Positions 41,335 through 51,672 are shown, numbered from the stretch's first letter. The stretch is 64,000 bases of DNA from an uncultured cyanobacterium (GCA_963697335.1 CAVONQ010000005.1:1-64000), one strand, 5' to 3'. Numbers and translations are program-made. The notes: generated from the sequence alone by a model not told the origin.

Positions 41335-42582
41335 TCAGGGATCCACCCAGCGGCCGTCCTCCTTGATCAGGGCGATCAGGGCCTCCACCCCCTCGGCCTC
41401 CGGCACCCGGCGGATCTCGTCGCGGCCGCGGTAGAGGGAGATGGTGCCCGGCGTCTTGCCCACGTAGCCGTAGTCGGCGTCAGCCATCTCGCCTGGGCCG
41501 TTGACGATGCAGCCCATCACGGCGATGTCGAGGCCGGTGAGGTGGGCGGTGGCGTTGCGCACCACATGCAGCACCTCCTCCAGGTTGAACAGGGTGCGGC
41601 CGCAGCTGGGGCAGGCCACGTACTCCACCATCGTTTTCCGCAGGCCCAGGGCCTGCAGAATCGAATAGCAGACAGGGATCTCCTTCTCCGGCGCCTCGGT
41701 GAGCGACACCCGGATCGTGTCGCCCAGGCCCTCCGCCAGCAGGGTGGCGATGCCGGCGGTGCTCTTGATGCGGCCGTAGTCGCCGTCGCCAGCCTCGGTG
41801 ACGCCCAGGTGCAGGGGGTAGTGGAACCCCTCGGCGTCCATCCTGTCGGCCATCATCCGGTAGGCGGCCAGCATCACCGGCGCCCGCGACGCCTTCATCG
41901 ACACCACGATGTTGTGGAAATCGAGGCGGTCGCAGATGTGGATGAACTCCATGGCGCTCTCCACCATGCCCAGGGGCGTGTCGCCATAGGTGAACAGCAT
42001 CCGCTCGGCCAGGGAGCCGTGGTTCACGCCGATGCGCAGGCCCTTGTCCTGCTCCTTGAGCAGGCTCACCAGCGGTTCGAGCGTGGCCTGGATCCGCTGG
42101 CCGATCGCCGCCACCTCTTCAGGCGTGAATTCGGTGCGGTTGGGATCGGGCTTGTCGAACACATACAGGCCCGGATTGATGCGCACCTTGTCGACGTGCT
42201 GGGCCACCTCCAGGGCGATCTTCATGCCGTTGTGATGCACATCGGCCACCAGCGGCACCGGCTGGTAGGTGTCTTCCAGGCGCTGGCGGATCTCCTTCAC
42301 CGCCTTGGCATGGGCCAGGGAGGGCACGGTGAGCCGCACGATCTCGCAGCCCGCCTCATGCAGGCGGCGGATGCCCGCCGTGGCGCCCGCAATGTCGAGG
42401 GTGTCCTCATTGATCATCGACTGCACCACCACCGGGTGGTCGCTGCCCACCCACACGTCACCCACCCGCACGCTGCGGGTCTTGCGGCGACGGATCAGGG
42501 TGTCGTAGCGGGGGTTGCTGGCCCAGTCGGCCGGCAGGCCCGCCGGGGCGGCGGCGTCAGGGCGAGCCAGAGTACCGGTCAT
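41335..42582 (-). CDS. ispG: HMBPP synthase
   Basis: [48 protein letters not shown]. Confidence 0.97.
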   Translation of the reverse strand: MTGTLARPDAAAPAGLPADWASNPRYDTLIRRRKTRSVRVGDVWVGSDHPVVVQSMINEDTLDIAGATAGIRRLHEAGCEIVRLTVPSLAHAKAVKEIRQRLEDTYQPVPLVADVHHNGMKIALEVAQHVDKVRINPGLYVFDKPDPNRTEFTPEEVAAIGQRIQATLEPLVSLLKEQDKGLRIGVNHGSLAERMLFTYGDTPLGMVESAMEFIHICDRLDFHNIVVSMKASRAPVMLAAYRMMADRMDAEGFHYPLHLGVTEAGDGDYGRIKSTAGIATLLAEGLGDTIRVSLTEAPEKEIPVCYSILQALGLRKTMVEYVACPSCGRTLFNLEEVLHVVRNATAHLTGLDIAVMGCIVNGPGEMADADYGYVGKTPGTISLYRGRDEIRRVPEAEGVEALIALIKEDGRWVDP

Positions 42583-42626
42583 GGCAGGGGGCCGGAGGGT
42601 GGCCAAAGCCTGTCACAGGAGAGGCC

Positions 42627-43296
42627 TCAACCGGCGAGTCCGCGCTCGAGCTGATCGAGGCGGCGGCGCACGTCCTGGAGGTCCTGCCAGGTGAGCCACT
42701 TGGGGCTGCCCTGCTCCCGGGAGGGATTGCGCAGCAGATAGGAGGGGTGAAAGATCGGCATCAGCCAGCGCCCCTGCAGCACCCCATCGCGGCCCTGGCG
42801 CCACTGGCCCCGCAGCCGCGTGATCCCCCCCTTCACCCCCAGCACCCCTTCCATGGCCGTGGCCCCGGCCAGCAGGATCACCCCGGGATCCACCAGGGCG
42901 ATCTGGCGCTCCAGCCACGGCAGGCAGGCGGCCATCTCCTCGCCAGTGGGTTTGCGGTTCTCTGGAGGACGGCACTTCACCACATTGCCGATGTAGGCGT
43001 CGCGGTTGGAATCGATGCCCACGCTGCTGAGCATCTGATCGAGCAACTGGCCGGCCCGGCCCACGAAGGGCCGGCCACTGGCGTCTTCCTGGGCGCCGGG
43101 GCCCTCGCCCACCACCATCAGGCGGGCGTCCGGATTGCCGCGGCTCACCACCACCTGCTGACGGCCCGCCGCCAGGCCGCAGCGGCGGCAGGCAGCGCAA
43201 GCCACCGCCACGTCCTCCAGCCCCAGCTGGCTGGCTTCAGCCTGCGGGGGGGGAGCTCGGGCTGAAGAGATCCGGCTGCTGGGCCTCTCCGGTCAT
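42627..43296 (-). CDS. Family 4 uracil-DNA glycosylase (probable frameshift in G8 run 43246-43253)
   Basis: CRRCGL, GEGPG..ED..GRPFVGRAG, VKCRPPENR, FHPSYLLR; upstream ATG 43296 joins if one base is removed. Confidence 0.88.
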
Positions 43297-43321
43297 GGGC
43301 GGCAAGGCAGGGGAAGGGCGT

Positions 43322-43407
43322 GGCCATCCTGTGACAGAGCTGGACAAAACAGGCGGTTTCGTGCCAGCTCGAACCTCCTGGCGGGGGAAGGGTGTTGCAG
43401 GATGGCC
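43322..43407 (+). ncRNA. Candidate structured RNA (three-way junction)
   Basis: 15-bp P1 (43322-36/43393-407, two G-U), P2 GAGCTGG/CCAGCTC, P3 CCTCC-tggc-GGGGG. Confidence 0.35.
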
Positions 43408-43499
43408 CCCTGATGTAGCCGAGCTCACCAAATGCCGGCCCAACGCCGATGCCGAACCCTGGGATGTTGGCCACTGCGGCCCCGACGACGGCCCTGACG

Positions 43500-44732
43500 A
43501 TGGCCGTTCCGCTCCACCCATCCCTCGATTCCACGGCGCCGCCCATTCAGCGCCGGGCGGAAGCCCTCCAGCTCTCCCAACGGGCCAGGGCCCTGCAGCC
43601 CTCCCTCACCCTCGCCATCGCCGCCAAGGCGCGGCAGTTGAAGGCCGATGGCCAGGACATCTGCAGCCTCAGTGCCGGCGAACCGGACTTCGACACCCCC
43701 GCCTTCATCCGCCAGGCGGCGGCCCAGGCCCTTGAAGCGGGTCACACCCGCTACGGCCCCGCCGCCGGGGAACTCGCCCTGAGGGAGGCCATCGCCAGCA
43801 AGCTCACCCAGGAGAACGGGGTGCCCACCGGCAGTGGCCAGGTGCTGGTCACCAACGGCGGCAAGCAGGCTCTCTTCAACCTGTTCCAGGTGCTGCTCGA
43901 TCCCGGCGATGAGGTGCTGCTGCCGGCGCCCTACTGGCTGAGCTACCCCGAGATCGCACGCCTGGCCGGAGCCAGCGTCACCGTGCTGCCCTGTGAGGCC
44001 GCCGCTGGCTTCCGACTCGACCCCCAGCAGCTGGAGCAGGCAATCAGCCCAGCCACCAGGCTGCTGGTGCTGAACAGCCCCGGCAATCCCACCGGAATCG
44101 TGATCAGCCGCGGTGAACTGGAGCAGCTGGCCGCGGTGCTGCGCCGCCATCCCCGGGTGGCCGTGGTGTGCGATGAGATCTACGAATACCTGCTGGCTCC
44201 CGGCCTGGTCCACCACAGCCTGGCCGCCGTGGCCCCCGACCTGGCCGATCGGATCTTCATCGTCAACGGCTTTGCCAAGGGCTGGGCCATGACCGGCTGG
44301 CGGGTCGGCTGGCTGGCCGGCGCCGAGGCGGTGATCAAAGCCGCCTCAGCGCTGCAGAGCCAGTCCACCAGCAACGTCTGCAGCTTCGCCCAGTTCGGCG
44401 CCCTGGCGGCCCTGCAAGGCCCCCGCGACTGTGTGCAGGCCATGGCGGCCGAGTTCAACCGCCGGCGCAGCCTGCTCAGCGAGGGCCTGCGCCGCCTGCC
44501 CGGGGTCACCCTGCCCGAGCCCCAGGGCGCCTTCTACGCCTTCCCGGATGTGAGCGCCTGCGGGCTCGACTCCATGACCCTCTGCGACCGCCTGCTCGAC
44601 GATGTGGGGCTGGCCGTGGTTCCCGGCGTGGCCTTCGGCGACGATCGCTGCATCCGCCTCTCCTGCGCCGCCTCCCCGGCGGCGATCGAGGATGGTCTGC
44701 GGCGCCTGGAGCGCTTCTTCGCGACGCTCTGA
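43500..44732 (+). CDS. aspC: Class I PLP aminotransferase (aspartate aminotransferase-like)
   Basis: SAGEPDF, GGKQAL, NSPGNPTG, DEIY, GFAKGWAMTGWRVG. Confidence 0.85.
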   Translation: MAVPLHPSLDSTAPPIQRRAEALQLSQRARALQPSLTLAIAAKARQLKADGQDICSLSAGEPDFDTPAFIRQAAAQALEAGHTRYGPAAGELALREAIASKLTQENGVPTGSGQVLVTNGGKQALFNLFQVLLDPGDEVLLPAPYWLSYPEIARLAGASVTVLPCEAAAGFRLDPQQLEQAISPATRLLVLNSPGNPTGIVISRGELEQLAAVLRRHPRVAVVCDEIYEYLLAPGLVHHSLAAVAPDLADRIFIVNGFAKGWAMTGWRVGWLAGAEAVIKAASALQSQSTSNVCSFAQFGALAALQGPRDCVQAMAAEFNRRRSLLSEGLRRLPGVTLPEPQGAFYAFPDVSACGLDSMTLCDRLLDDVGLAVVPGVAFGDDRCIRLSCAASPAAIEDGLRRLERFFATL

Positions 44733-44788
44733 CCACGGGTCTGAAGACGGGAGGGCAGGATCATCGAGTCGTTGCCTTCCCCGGACCC

Positions 44789-45745
44789 TTGACCACCCGA
44801 GAACGCTGGGCCGTTGCGCTTGCCGGCCTCCTCCTGATCGGCCTGCTGCCAACGGCCTGCACCCCCCGCCCCGACGGCGCCACGGCCCCGGACGGCGGCA
44901 GCAGCGAGGCCTCCCGGCCCAACGAGAAACGGGTGCTGCGCATCAGCGCCATCCCCGATCAGAACCCTGAGAAACTCAACCGCCTCTACGGCCTCGTGGC
45001 CGAGGAGCTGAGCGAGCAGCTCAAGGTGCCCGTGCGCTTCGTGCCCGTCACCGACTACACCGCCGCCGTGAGTGCCTTCCGCACCGGCGACCTGGATCTG
45101 GTGTGGTTCGGCGGCCTCACCGGCGTGCAGGCCTGGCTGCAGAAACCCGGCGCCCGGGCCCTGGCCCAGCGCGACATCGACCGCTCCTTCCACAGCGTGT
45201 TCATCGCCAACCCGAACAGCGGCCTCAAGCCCTTCAGCGCCCAGAGCGACCTGAAGCAACTCAAGGGCAAGCGGTTCACGTTCGGCTCGGAAAGTTCCAC
45301 CTCCGGCCGGCTGATGCCCCAATACTTCCTCAACCAGGCGGGCGTGCAGCTGGGCGACTTCGCCGGCGGCAACCCGGGCTTCAGCGGCAGCCACGACGCC
45401 CTGATCGCCCTGGTGCAGAGCGGCACCTACGACGCCGGAGTGGTGAACGAGCAGGTGTGGCGCAGCCGGATCGAGGAGGGCAAGGTGGACACCACGAAGG
45501 TGGTGGAGCTGTGGCGCACCCCGGGCTACGCCAACTACACCTGGGTGGTGCAACCCAGCCTCGACAAGGATTACGGCGAGGGCTTCACCAAACGGCTGGA
45601 GCAGGCCTTCACCGGCCTCGACCCCAAGGATCCCCGCCAGGCTCAGATCCTGGAGCTGTTCGGTGCCGACACGTTCGTACCCGCCACCAACGCGCAGTAC
45701 GAGGCGATCGAGGCGGTGGGGCGCCAGGTGGGCAAGATCCGCTGA
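44789..45745 (+). CDS. phnD: PhnD-like (phosphate/phosphite/phosphonate or putative selenate) ABC binding lipoprotein
   Basis: Lipobox LPTAC, AIPDQ, WFGGLTGVQA, GSESSTSGRLMP, GSHDA. Confidence 0.82.
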   Translation: MTTRERWAVALAGLLLIGLLPTACTPRPDGATAPDGGSSEASRPNEKRVLRISAIPDQNPEKLNRLYGLVAEELSEQLKVPVRFVPVTDYTAAVSAFRTGDLDLVWFGGLTGVQAWLQKPGARALAQRDIDRSFHSVFIANPNSGLKPFSAQSDLKQLKGKRFTFGSESSTSGRLMPQYFLNQAGVQLGDFAGGNPGFSGSHDALIALVQSGTYDAGVVNEQVWRSRIEEGKVDTTKVVELWRTPGYANYTWVVQPSLDKDYGEGFTKRLEQAFTGLDPKDPRQAQILELFGADTFVPATNAQYEAIEAVGRQVGKIR

Positions 45746-46500
45746 TGGATCCCTCCTGGGTGCTGGAGCTGCAGGACGTGACCGTGCCTGGCCGCGGCCG
45801 ACCTCGCCTCGCGGCGCTGACGCTGCGACTGCAACCGGGCGAGCGCGTGGCCCTGCTGGGCCCGAGCGGCGCCGGCAAGAGCACCCTGCTCAGCGTGGCC
45901 AATGGCCTGCTGCAGCCCAGCGCCGGTGAGGTGCGCTGGCAGGGGCGGCCCCTGGCCCGCTCCCGCCGCGCCCGCCGCCTGCAGCAGGCCCGCATCGGCA
46001 CCCTCTGGCAGGACCTGCGCCTGATCGAGGAGCTCAGCGTGCAGCAGAACCTCAATGCCGGCCGGCTGGCCGTCTGGGGCTGGCCGCGGGCGCTGCTGAA
46101 CCTGCTGCTGCCCCTGGAGAGCGCCGCCTGCGGCGCCCTGATGGCCCGCCTGGATCTCGATCCTGCCCTGCTGGAGCAGCCCGTGGCCCGGCTCTCGGGA
46201 GGCCAGCGGCAGCGGGTGGCCCTGGCCCGCTTGCTGCGCCAGGAGCCGGTGCTGCTGCTGGCCGATGAGCCCCTGGCCAGCCTTGACCCCCGGCTGGCCG
46301 AAGACCTCCTGCGCCTGCTGCTGGAGCAGGGCCTCGAGCCCCGCGCCCTGCTGCTGAGCCTGCACCGCCCGGACCTGGTGGCTGGCTTCGACCGCGTGCT
46401 GGGGCTGCGCCAGGGCCGGCTGGCCTTCGACCTGCCGGTGGGCGACCTCACCAGCTCCCGACTGGAGGCGCTCTATGCCGAAGCGCCCGCCGGGCGATGA
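45745..46500 (+). CDS. phnC: PhnC-like ABC ATPase
   Basis: GPSGAGKST, LSGGQRQRVALAR, ADEPLASLDP. Confidence 0.8.
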   Translation: MDPSWVLELQDVTVPGRGRPRLAALTLRLQPGERVALLGPSGAGKSTLLSVANGLLQPSAGEVRWQGRPLARSRRARRLQQARIGTLWQDLRLIEELSVQQNLNAGRLAVWGWPRALLNLLLPLESAACGALMARLDLDPALLEQPVARLSGGQRQRVALARLLRQEPVLLLADEPLASLDPRLAEDLLRLLLEQGLEPRALLLSLHRPDLVAGFDRVLGLRQGRLAFDLPVGDLTSSRLEALYAEAPAGR

Positions 46501-48068
46501 GGAGTGTGGCCCTGCGGCCGGCGCCACCGCTGTGGCTGCTGCTGCCCTGCCTCGCGGCGGTACCGCTGCTGATCGCGCTGCCGGGCATCAGCCATGGCGG
46601 GGGGTGGAGCCTGATCGGCCAGTTCCTGCTGGGAGCCCTCCAGCCCTCGCTTGATCCCGTGGTGCTGCGTTCCGTGCTGGAGGGGCTCGGGGTGACCCTC
46701 GCCATCGCCCTGCTGGGCTGGGCCCTCAGCATGGTGCTCGGCCTGGTGCTCGGCCTCGCCAGCTCGCGACGGGTGTGGCTCACCTGCCTGGGAACGGCCC
46801 TGCCGGCCGGGCTGATCCGGCGGTTGCTGGCCCTGCCCCGCTCGATTCACGAGCTGCTCTGGGGCCTCGTCCTGCTGCAGCTGCTGGGCCTGCAGCCGGT
46901 GGTGGCGATCGCGGCGATCGCCCTGCCATTCGGCGCCCTGGTGGCCCGGGTGGTGAGCGATCAGATCGACAACCTGCCCACCACGGGGCTCGAAGCCCTG
47001 CGCTGCAGCGGGGCGTCGGCACCGGCGGCCCTGCTCACCGCCCTGGGGCCACCGCTGCTGCCCCAGCTGATCAGCTACGGCGGCTATCGGCTCGAATGCG
47101 CCCTGCGCAGCGCCACCTTGCTGGGGGTGTTCGGGCTGGGGGGTCTTGGCACGGAGCTGCGGCTCACCCTGCAGTCGCTCGCCTTCCACGAGCTCTGGAG
47201 TGGGCTGTGGCTGCTGCTGGCCGCCATGCTGGCCCTGGAAGCCCTGCTGGGATGGCTGCGCCGTCGCTGGGCGATCCCGGAGCGCCTCAGCCTTGGCCGC
47301 GGCGGCGTGGGCTGGCGGGGCCGGGAACTGCTGCTGGCCATCGGGCTGCTGCTGCCGCTGCTGCTGGGGCTGGCCTGGGCCCTGCAGCTGGACCCGGCCA
47401 GCCTGCTGCAGTGGCAGAGCTGGCCCCCCATGGGGCCCGCCGACTGGCCTGCCGTGGCGGCCCTGCCCTGGCTCACGCTGGTGGCCAATACCCTTGCCCT
47501 CACCCTCCTGGCCGCCGCCCTGGCGGTGGGCATGGCGCCCCTGCTGCTGCTGCTGGCCGAGCCCTGGCCCTGGGCTCAGGCTGCCCTGCGGGGGCTCTGG
47601 GCCCTCGGCCGCCTCTGGCCCCCGCCGCTGACGGCCCTGCTGCTGCTGTTCGTGCTGGAACCCGGGGTGGTCACCGGAGCGCTGGCCCTGGGCTTTCACA
47701 ACCTCGGCGTGCTCGGCCGCCTGCTGCTGGAGAGCGCCGAATCCAGCCCCGCCGGAGCCCAGCAGGCCCTGCGCTGTGCCGGGGCGGGGCCGCGCCAGGC
47801 CCTGCTCTACGGCCGCTTCAGTGGCCTGGCCCGCCCCTACCTCGCCTACGGCGCCTACCGCGCCGATGTGATCCTGCGGGAATCGGTGGTGGTGGGGCTG
47901 GTGGGCGCCACGGGCCTCGGCAGCCAGCTGATGGAGGCGCTCGGTTCCTTCGCCTACGACCAGCTGCTGGCCCTGGTGCTGGTCTACGCCCTGCTCACCC
48001 TGCTGGGGGAGGAGGGCAGCGATCGGGCCCGGCAGCGCCTGCTGGCGCCCCGGCCAGCGGCCGGCTGA
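46497..48068 (+). CDS. phnE: PhnE-like ABC permease (fused duplicate)
   Basis: RSIHELLWG, YRLECALRSATLLG..GGLG; second repeat YRADVILRESVVVG. Confidence 0.8.
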   Translation: MRSVALRPAPPLWLLLPCLAAVPLLIALPGISHGGGWSLIGQFLLGALQPSLDPVVLRSVLEGLGVTLAIALLGWALSMVLGLVLGLASSRRVWLTCLGTALPAGLIRRLLALPRSIHELLWGLVLLQLLGLQPVVAIAAIALPFGALVARVVSDQIDNLPTTGLEALRCSGASAPAALLTALGPPLLPQLISYGGYRLECALRSATLLGVFGLGGLGTELRLTLQSLAFHELWSGLWLLLAAMLALEALLGWLRRRWAIPERLSLGRGGVGWRGRELLLAIGLLLPLLLGLAWALQLDPASLLQWQSWPPMGPADWPAVAALPWLTLVANTLALTLLAAALAVGMAPLLLLLAEPWPWAQAALRGLWALGRLWPPPLTALLLLFVLEPGVVTGALALGFHNLGVLGRLLLESAESSPAGAQQALRCAGAGPRQALLYGRFSGLARPYLAYGAYRADVILRESVVVGLVGATGLGSQLMEALGSFAYDQLLALVLVYALLTLLGEEGSDRARQRLLAPRPAAG

Positions 48069-49077
48069 GCCGCACCAGTCCCCGCTCCAGCACCAGTTCG
48101 GCCGCCTGGGCTCCGTCCAGCCCATCCAGGGCCACGGACTCGCGCCCCCCATGGCGGCCCAGGTCGTGGTCGTAGCAGCGGTCGTAGTAATCGAGCATCT
48201 GGCGGCAGGCCAGGGGCCAGTCGCCGCAGACGATCGCCGCCAGCGCCAGGGCCGTGCGCTGGGGGCCCAGCCGGCGGCTGATGCGGCGGGTGGCCTCCGC
48301 CAGGGCTTCGGGATCCTGGCTGCCATAGATCCGCACCAACTGCTCCACCCGCTCCTCCAGGGGCCGCTGCACCTCCAGCACGGGGGCCTGCTCCATCTGG
48401 CGCCAGAGACCGATCGGGATGCGGCAGCGGCCCACCTGGGCACTCTCGGCCTCCAGCCAGATCTCCGCTGCCCCGTCGAGGGCCGCCAAGGCGCTGGCCA
48501 GCAGGTTTTCGTAGTGCTCGCTGCTGGGCTGGGGCGGCAGCCCCAGCCCGCCGAAGCTGCTGCCGCGGTGGTGGGCCAGACCCTCCAGGTCCACCACCGC
48601 CACGCCGCGCCGGGCCAGGTCCAACAGCAGGTCGGTCTTGCCCGTGCCCGTCCGTCCGCCCAGCAGGCGCAGGGGCCAGGGCCGCTCGAACAGCTCCAGC
48701 ACCCATCGGCGGTAGGCCTTGTAGCCGCCATCGAGCAGCAGGGCCGGCCGATCGATTTGCTCCGCCAGCCAGGCCACGCTGGCGCTGCGCATGCCCCCCC
48801 GCCAGCACATCAGCCGCAGGGGGCCCGGCGGCAGGGCCGCCAGCTCAGCCGCCATTGCCTCCAGCCGCGGGCCCACCAGACCCAGACCCCGCAGCACGGC
48901 CGCCTCGCGACCGGCCTGCTTGTAGAGGGTGCCGATCTCGGCCCGCTCGGCATCGCTGAACAGGGGCAGGTTGATCGCCCCCGGCCGATGGCCTTGGCTG
49001 AACTCCGCCGGGCTGCGCACGTCCAGCAAGGGCCCGGGTTGCGCGAGAAAATCGGCCACCATCAGCCGGGGTGCCAT
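47995..49077 (-). CDS. mnmH: tRNA 2-selenouridine synthase
   Basis: DVRSPAEF rhodanese, CWRGGMRS, GGYKAYR, GRTGTGKT, DLEGLAHHRGSSFG, YYDRCY. Confidence 0.93.
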   Translation of the reverse strand: MAPRLMVADFLAQPGPLLDVRSPAEFSQGHRPGAINLPLFSDAERAEIGTLYKQAGREAAVLRGLGLVGPRLEAMAAELAALPPGPLRLMCWRGGMRSASVAWLAEQIDRPALLLDGGYKAYRRWVLELFERPWPLRLLGGRTGTGKTDLLLDLARRGVAVVDLEGLAHHRGSSFGGLGLPPQPSSEHYENLLASALAALDGAAEIWLEAESAQVGRCRIPIGLWRQMEQAPVLEVQRPLEERVEQLVRIYGSQDPEALAEATRRISRRLGPQRTALALAAIVCGDWPLACRQMLDYYDRCYDHDLGRHGGRESVALDGLDGAQAAELVLERGLVRLSRPLAGAPAGAAGPDRCPPPPAG

Positions 49078-49182
49078 GGCGATCGCGGCGGCAGGGCCCC
49101 AATCCTCCCCGGCCATGGGCCGAAGCCGCCGGCACCGGGGTGCTGCAGGATCGGCAGCGGTTCCCTTCCCGGCCACCTCGCC

Positions 49183-49860
49183 ATGGGTCTCCAGGTTCCC
49201 CGCAAGCTGATCGTGATCGGGGACAGCGGCGTGTACGGCTGGGGCGATCCCGAGCAGGGAGGCTGGTGCGAGCGGCTGCGGCGGCACTGGATGGCCCTGC
49301 CCCAGGCCCCCGTGGTGTATCCCCTGGGGGTGCGGGGGGATGGCCTGGAGCGGGTGGCGGCCCGGCTGGAGCGGGAGGTGGGCTGCAGGGGTGAGCTGCG
49401 CCGCCAGAGGCCCCAGGGCATCCTGCTGTCGGTGGGGGTGAACGACACGGCCCGGGTGGGGCGCCCGGACGGTCGCCCCCAGCTCGACCCGGATGGCTTT
49501 CTCTATGGCCTGCAGCAGCTGCTGCAGCGGGCGGGCCAGCTGGCCCCGGTGCTGGTGGTGGGCCTCACCCCGGTGATCGAGGAGGCGATGCCCTTCGCCG
49601 ATGTGCTGTGGTACTCCCAGGAGCAGCTGAGGCGCTATGAGGGCCTGCTGGAGCTGGCCTGCCTGGAGGCCGACGTGCCCTTTCTGCCGCTGCTGCACCC
49701 CCTGCTCTGCGATAGGAGCTGGCCCCGCTGGCTGTGCGCCGATGGCCTGCACCTCAACGCCAGCGGCCACGCCGAGGTGTTTCGCCGCCTGCGCGACTGG
49801 CCCGCCCTCAACAGCTGGGCTGAACTGAATTCCGCAGCCGCGCCTCACCCATTCGGGTGA
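49183..49860 (+). CDS. SGNH/GDSL hydrolase
   Basis: IGDS, GVRGD, GVND, DGLHLN. Confidence 0.87.
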   Translation: MGLQVPRKLIVIGDSGVYGWGDPEQGGWCERLRRHWMALPQAPVVYPLGVRGDGLERVAARLEREVGCRGELRRQRPQGILLSVGVNDTARVGRPDGRPQLDPDGFLYGLQQLLQRAGQLAPVLVVGLTPVIEEAMPFADVLWYSQEQLRRYEGLLELACLEADVPFLPLLHPLLCDRSWPRWLCADGLHLNASGHAEVFRRLRDWPALNSWAELNSAAAPHPFG

Positions 49861-49941
49861 AAGCAGATCGCTCCCGGCGGCGAGCCGGCCCCGCGCCAGC
49901 CCGCAGAGCGTGGAGATGGATCCCCATCCCCGTTCCCCGCC

Positions 49942-50835
49942 ATGCAGGCCAACCCCATCGCCCCTCGGCCCCGTCCTTCTCGCCGCGCCGTCTCCACCCG
50001 GCTGCGGGCCGCCGGCTCAGACCTCAACCACCACAACCGCACCCTGCTGCGCCGACTGGGCCGCTCCGGTCCCAGCGCGGTGCGGCTGCACTGGCGCAAC
50101 GCCCTGGTGGAGAGCAACCTGGCCCTGGTGCGGATGGTGGCCCAGCGCGAAAGCCGCCGCACCGGTCAGCCCTTCGACGAGCTCTGCTCCGTGGGCTACG
50201 AGGGGCTGGTGCGGGCCGTGGACAGCTTTGACACCAGCCGCCCGGTGAGCCTCAGCACCTATGCGGTGCCCTGCGTGCGCGGCGCGATGCTGCAGGAACG
50301 CCGCGACCGGCTGCAGCCCCTGCAGACCCCCAGGCGGCTGCGGGAGCTGAACCAGCGGGCCGATCGCTGGCTGGAGCAGCGCCGTGGCGCCGGGCTGCCG
50401 GCGGTGAGCCTGGCCGCCATGGCCACCGCCCTGGGCTGCACGCAGGCCCAGTTGGAGGAGGCCGCCCGGGTGCGGCGGGCCCTGCAGCTGAGCAGCCTGG
50501 ATGCGCCCCTGGGCAGCGACGGCGACGAGGGCGCCCCGCTATGCCGGCTGGACCTGCTCGCTGACCCCGCCAGCACCGCCTGTGACCAGACAGCGGACCA
50601 GGGCGATCCCCAGCTCGCCTGGCTGCGGCGGCAGATGGCCCGCCTCGCGCCCCTGGATCGGCAGCTGCTGGAGGGGCGCTGGTTCGATGGCCTGACCTGG
50701 AGCGACCTGGCCAGGCAACTGAATCTCCCCGTTCAACACTGCCGGCAGCGGGGCGGTGAGCTGCTGGCCCAGCTTCAGGGCGAGGCCCACCAGAGCCAGA
50801 GCGCGATCGCCAGCACCGCGGCCAGGGTGGTCTGA
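49942..50835 (+). CDS. Group 3 (SigF-like) sigma-70 factor
   Basis: ESNLALVR, GYEGLVRAVDSFD, STYAVPCVRGAM, SLDAP, region-4 HTH. Confidence 0.75.
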   Translation: MQANPIAPRPRPSRRAVSTRLRAAGSDLNHHNRTLLRRLGRSGPSAVRLHWRNALVESNLALVRMVAQRESRRTGQPFDELCSVGYEGLVRAVDSFDTSRPVSLSTYAVPCVRGAMLQERRDRLQPLQTPRRLRELNQRADRWLEQRRGAGLPAVSLAAMATALGCTQAQLEEAARVRRALQLSSLDAPLGSDGDEGAPLCRLDLLADPASTACDQTADQGDPQLAWLRRQMARLAPLDRQLLEGRWFDGLTWSDLARQLNLPVQHCRQRGGELLAQLQGEAHQSQSAIASTAARVV

Positions 50836-51530
50836 AGGCCGTTCACCAGCTCGTTGCTGAGCCAGGCGAAGCGGGGCTGCAGGGTGGCTCCGATCAGGCT
50901 TTCCACCAGGGTGGCCAGCAGCCCCACGGCGGCCACCAGTCCAGCCTCTGCCCAGCCGGCCAGCAGGCCCAGCAGGAGCATCCAGGCAGCCATCACCACG
51001 CTGCCCAGCAGGCTGGCCGCCGTGCCCTCCAGGCTGATCGCCCCCTCGGTGCCGGCGGGTACGGGCCTCAGGCTGGTGATCAGCAGGGTGTGGCGGCCCC
51101 AGCGCTTGCCGATCTCGCTGCCACAGGTGTCGCCGAGCTTGGCGGCGAAGCTGGCGGCGAAGCCCACCAGCAACGGCGCCAGCCAGCTCATGGGCACCAC
51201 GGCCGTGAGCATGGCCAGGGCGGCGCCCGCAGCTGCCGAGCCCCACACGTTTTCGGGCCCACGCCGGCCGCCGCGGGCCTCCGCCAGCCCGGCGCGCTGC
51301 TTGTGGCGCAGGCCCAGACGGGTCACGGCCGAGCCCAGGGCCAGATAGCCCACCACGGCCAGCCAGCCCAGGGGACCGAGGCAGCCCCACAGCACGGTGC
51401 CGAGGGCGCCGGCGTGGACCCAGCCGGCGCGGGTGAGCACAGGCAGGCGCTGGGCCGCGGTGATCAGGGCGGCGTTGACGGCCAGGGCGACCAGCCAGGG
51501 GAGCGGCTGCTGGGGGGGTGGAGCGAACAC
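50775..51530 (-). CDS. DUF92/TMEM19 (phytyl-phosphate kinase VTE6-like) membrane protein
   Basis: RGPENVWGS, KLGDTCGSEIGK, GTEGAISLEGT, ESLIGATLQ, NELVN. Confidence 0.85.
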   Translation of the reverse strand: MFAPPPQQPLPWLVALAVNAALITAAQRLPVLTRAGWVHAGALGTVLWGCLGPLGWLAVVGYLALGSAVTRLGLRHKQRAGLAEARGGRRGPENVWGSAAAGAALAMLTAVVPMSWLAPLLVGFAASFAAKLGDTCGSEIGKRWGRHTLLITSLRPVPAGTEGAISLEGTAASLLGSVVMAAWMLLLGLLAGWAEAGLVAAVGLLATLVESLIGATLQPRFAWLSNELVNGLQTTLAAVLAIALWLWWASP

Positions 51531-51672
51531 GAACCGAAGGGCGGCGCCGAGGAGTCGCGGCGGGGCTCCCCAGTGTGTGGCAGGGAGCCTGTGTTGCACT
51601 GCCCTAAGCAGCAGGCCTTGGCGGCACCGGTCCAACGGATAATCGGCGTCAGACGTTGCCGGCTCAGTCGCG

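Noticed and set aside
43408..43435. Hammerhead ribozyme (CTGATG next to a structured region)
   Set aside because: Core reads CTGATGT rather than CUGAnGA, and no properly placed GAAA..UH is present
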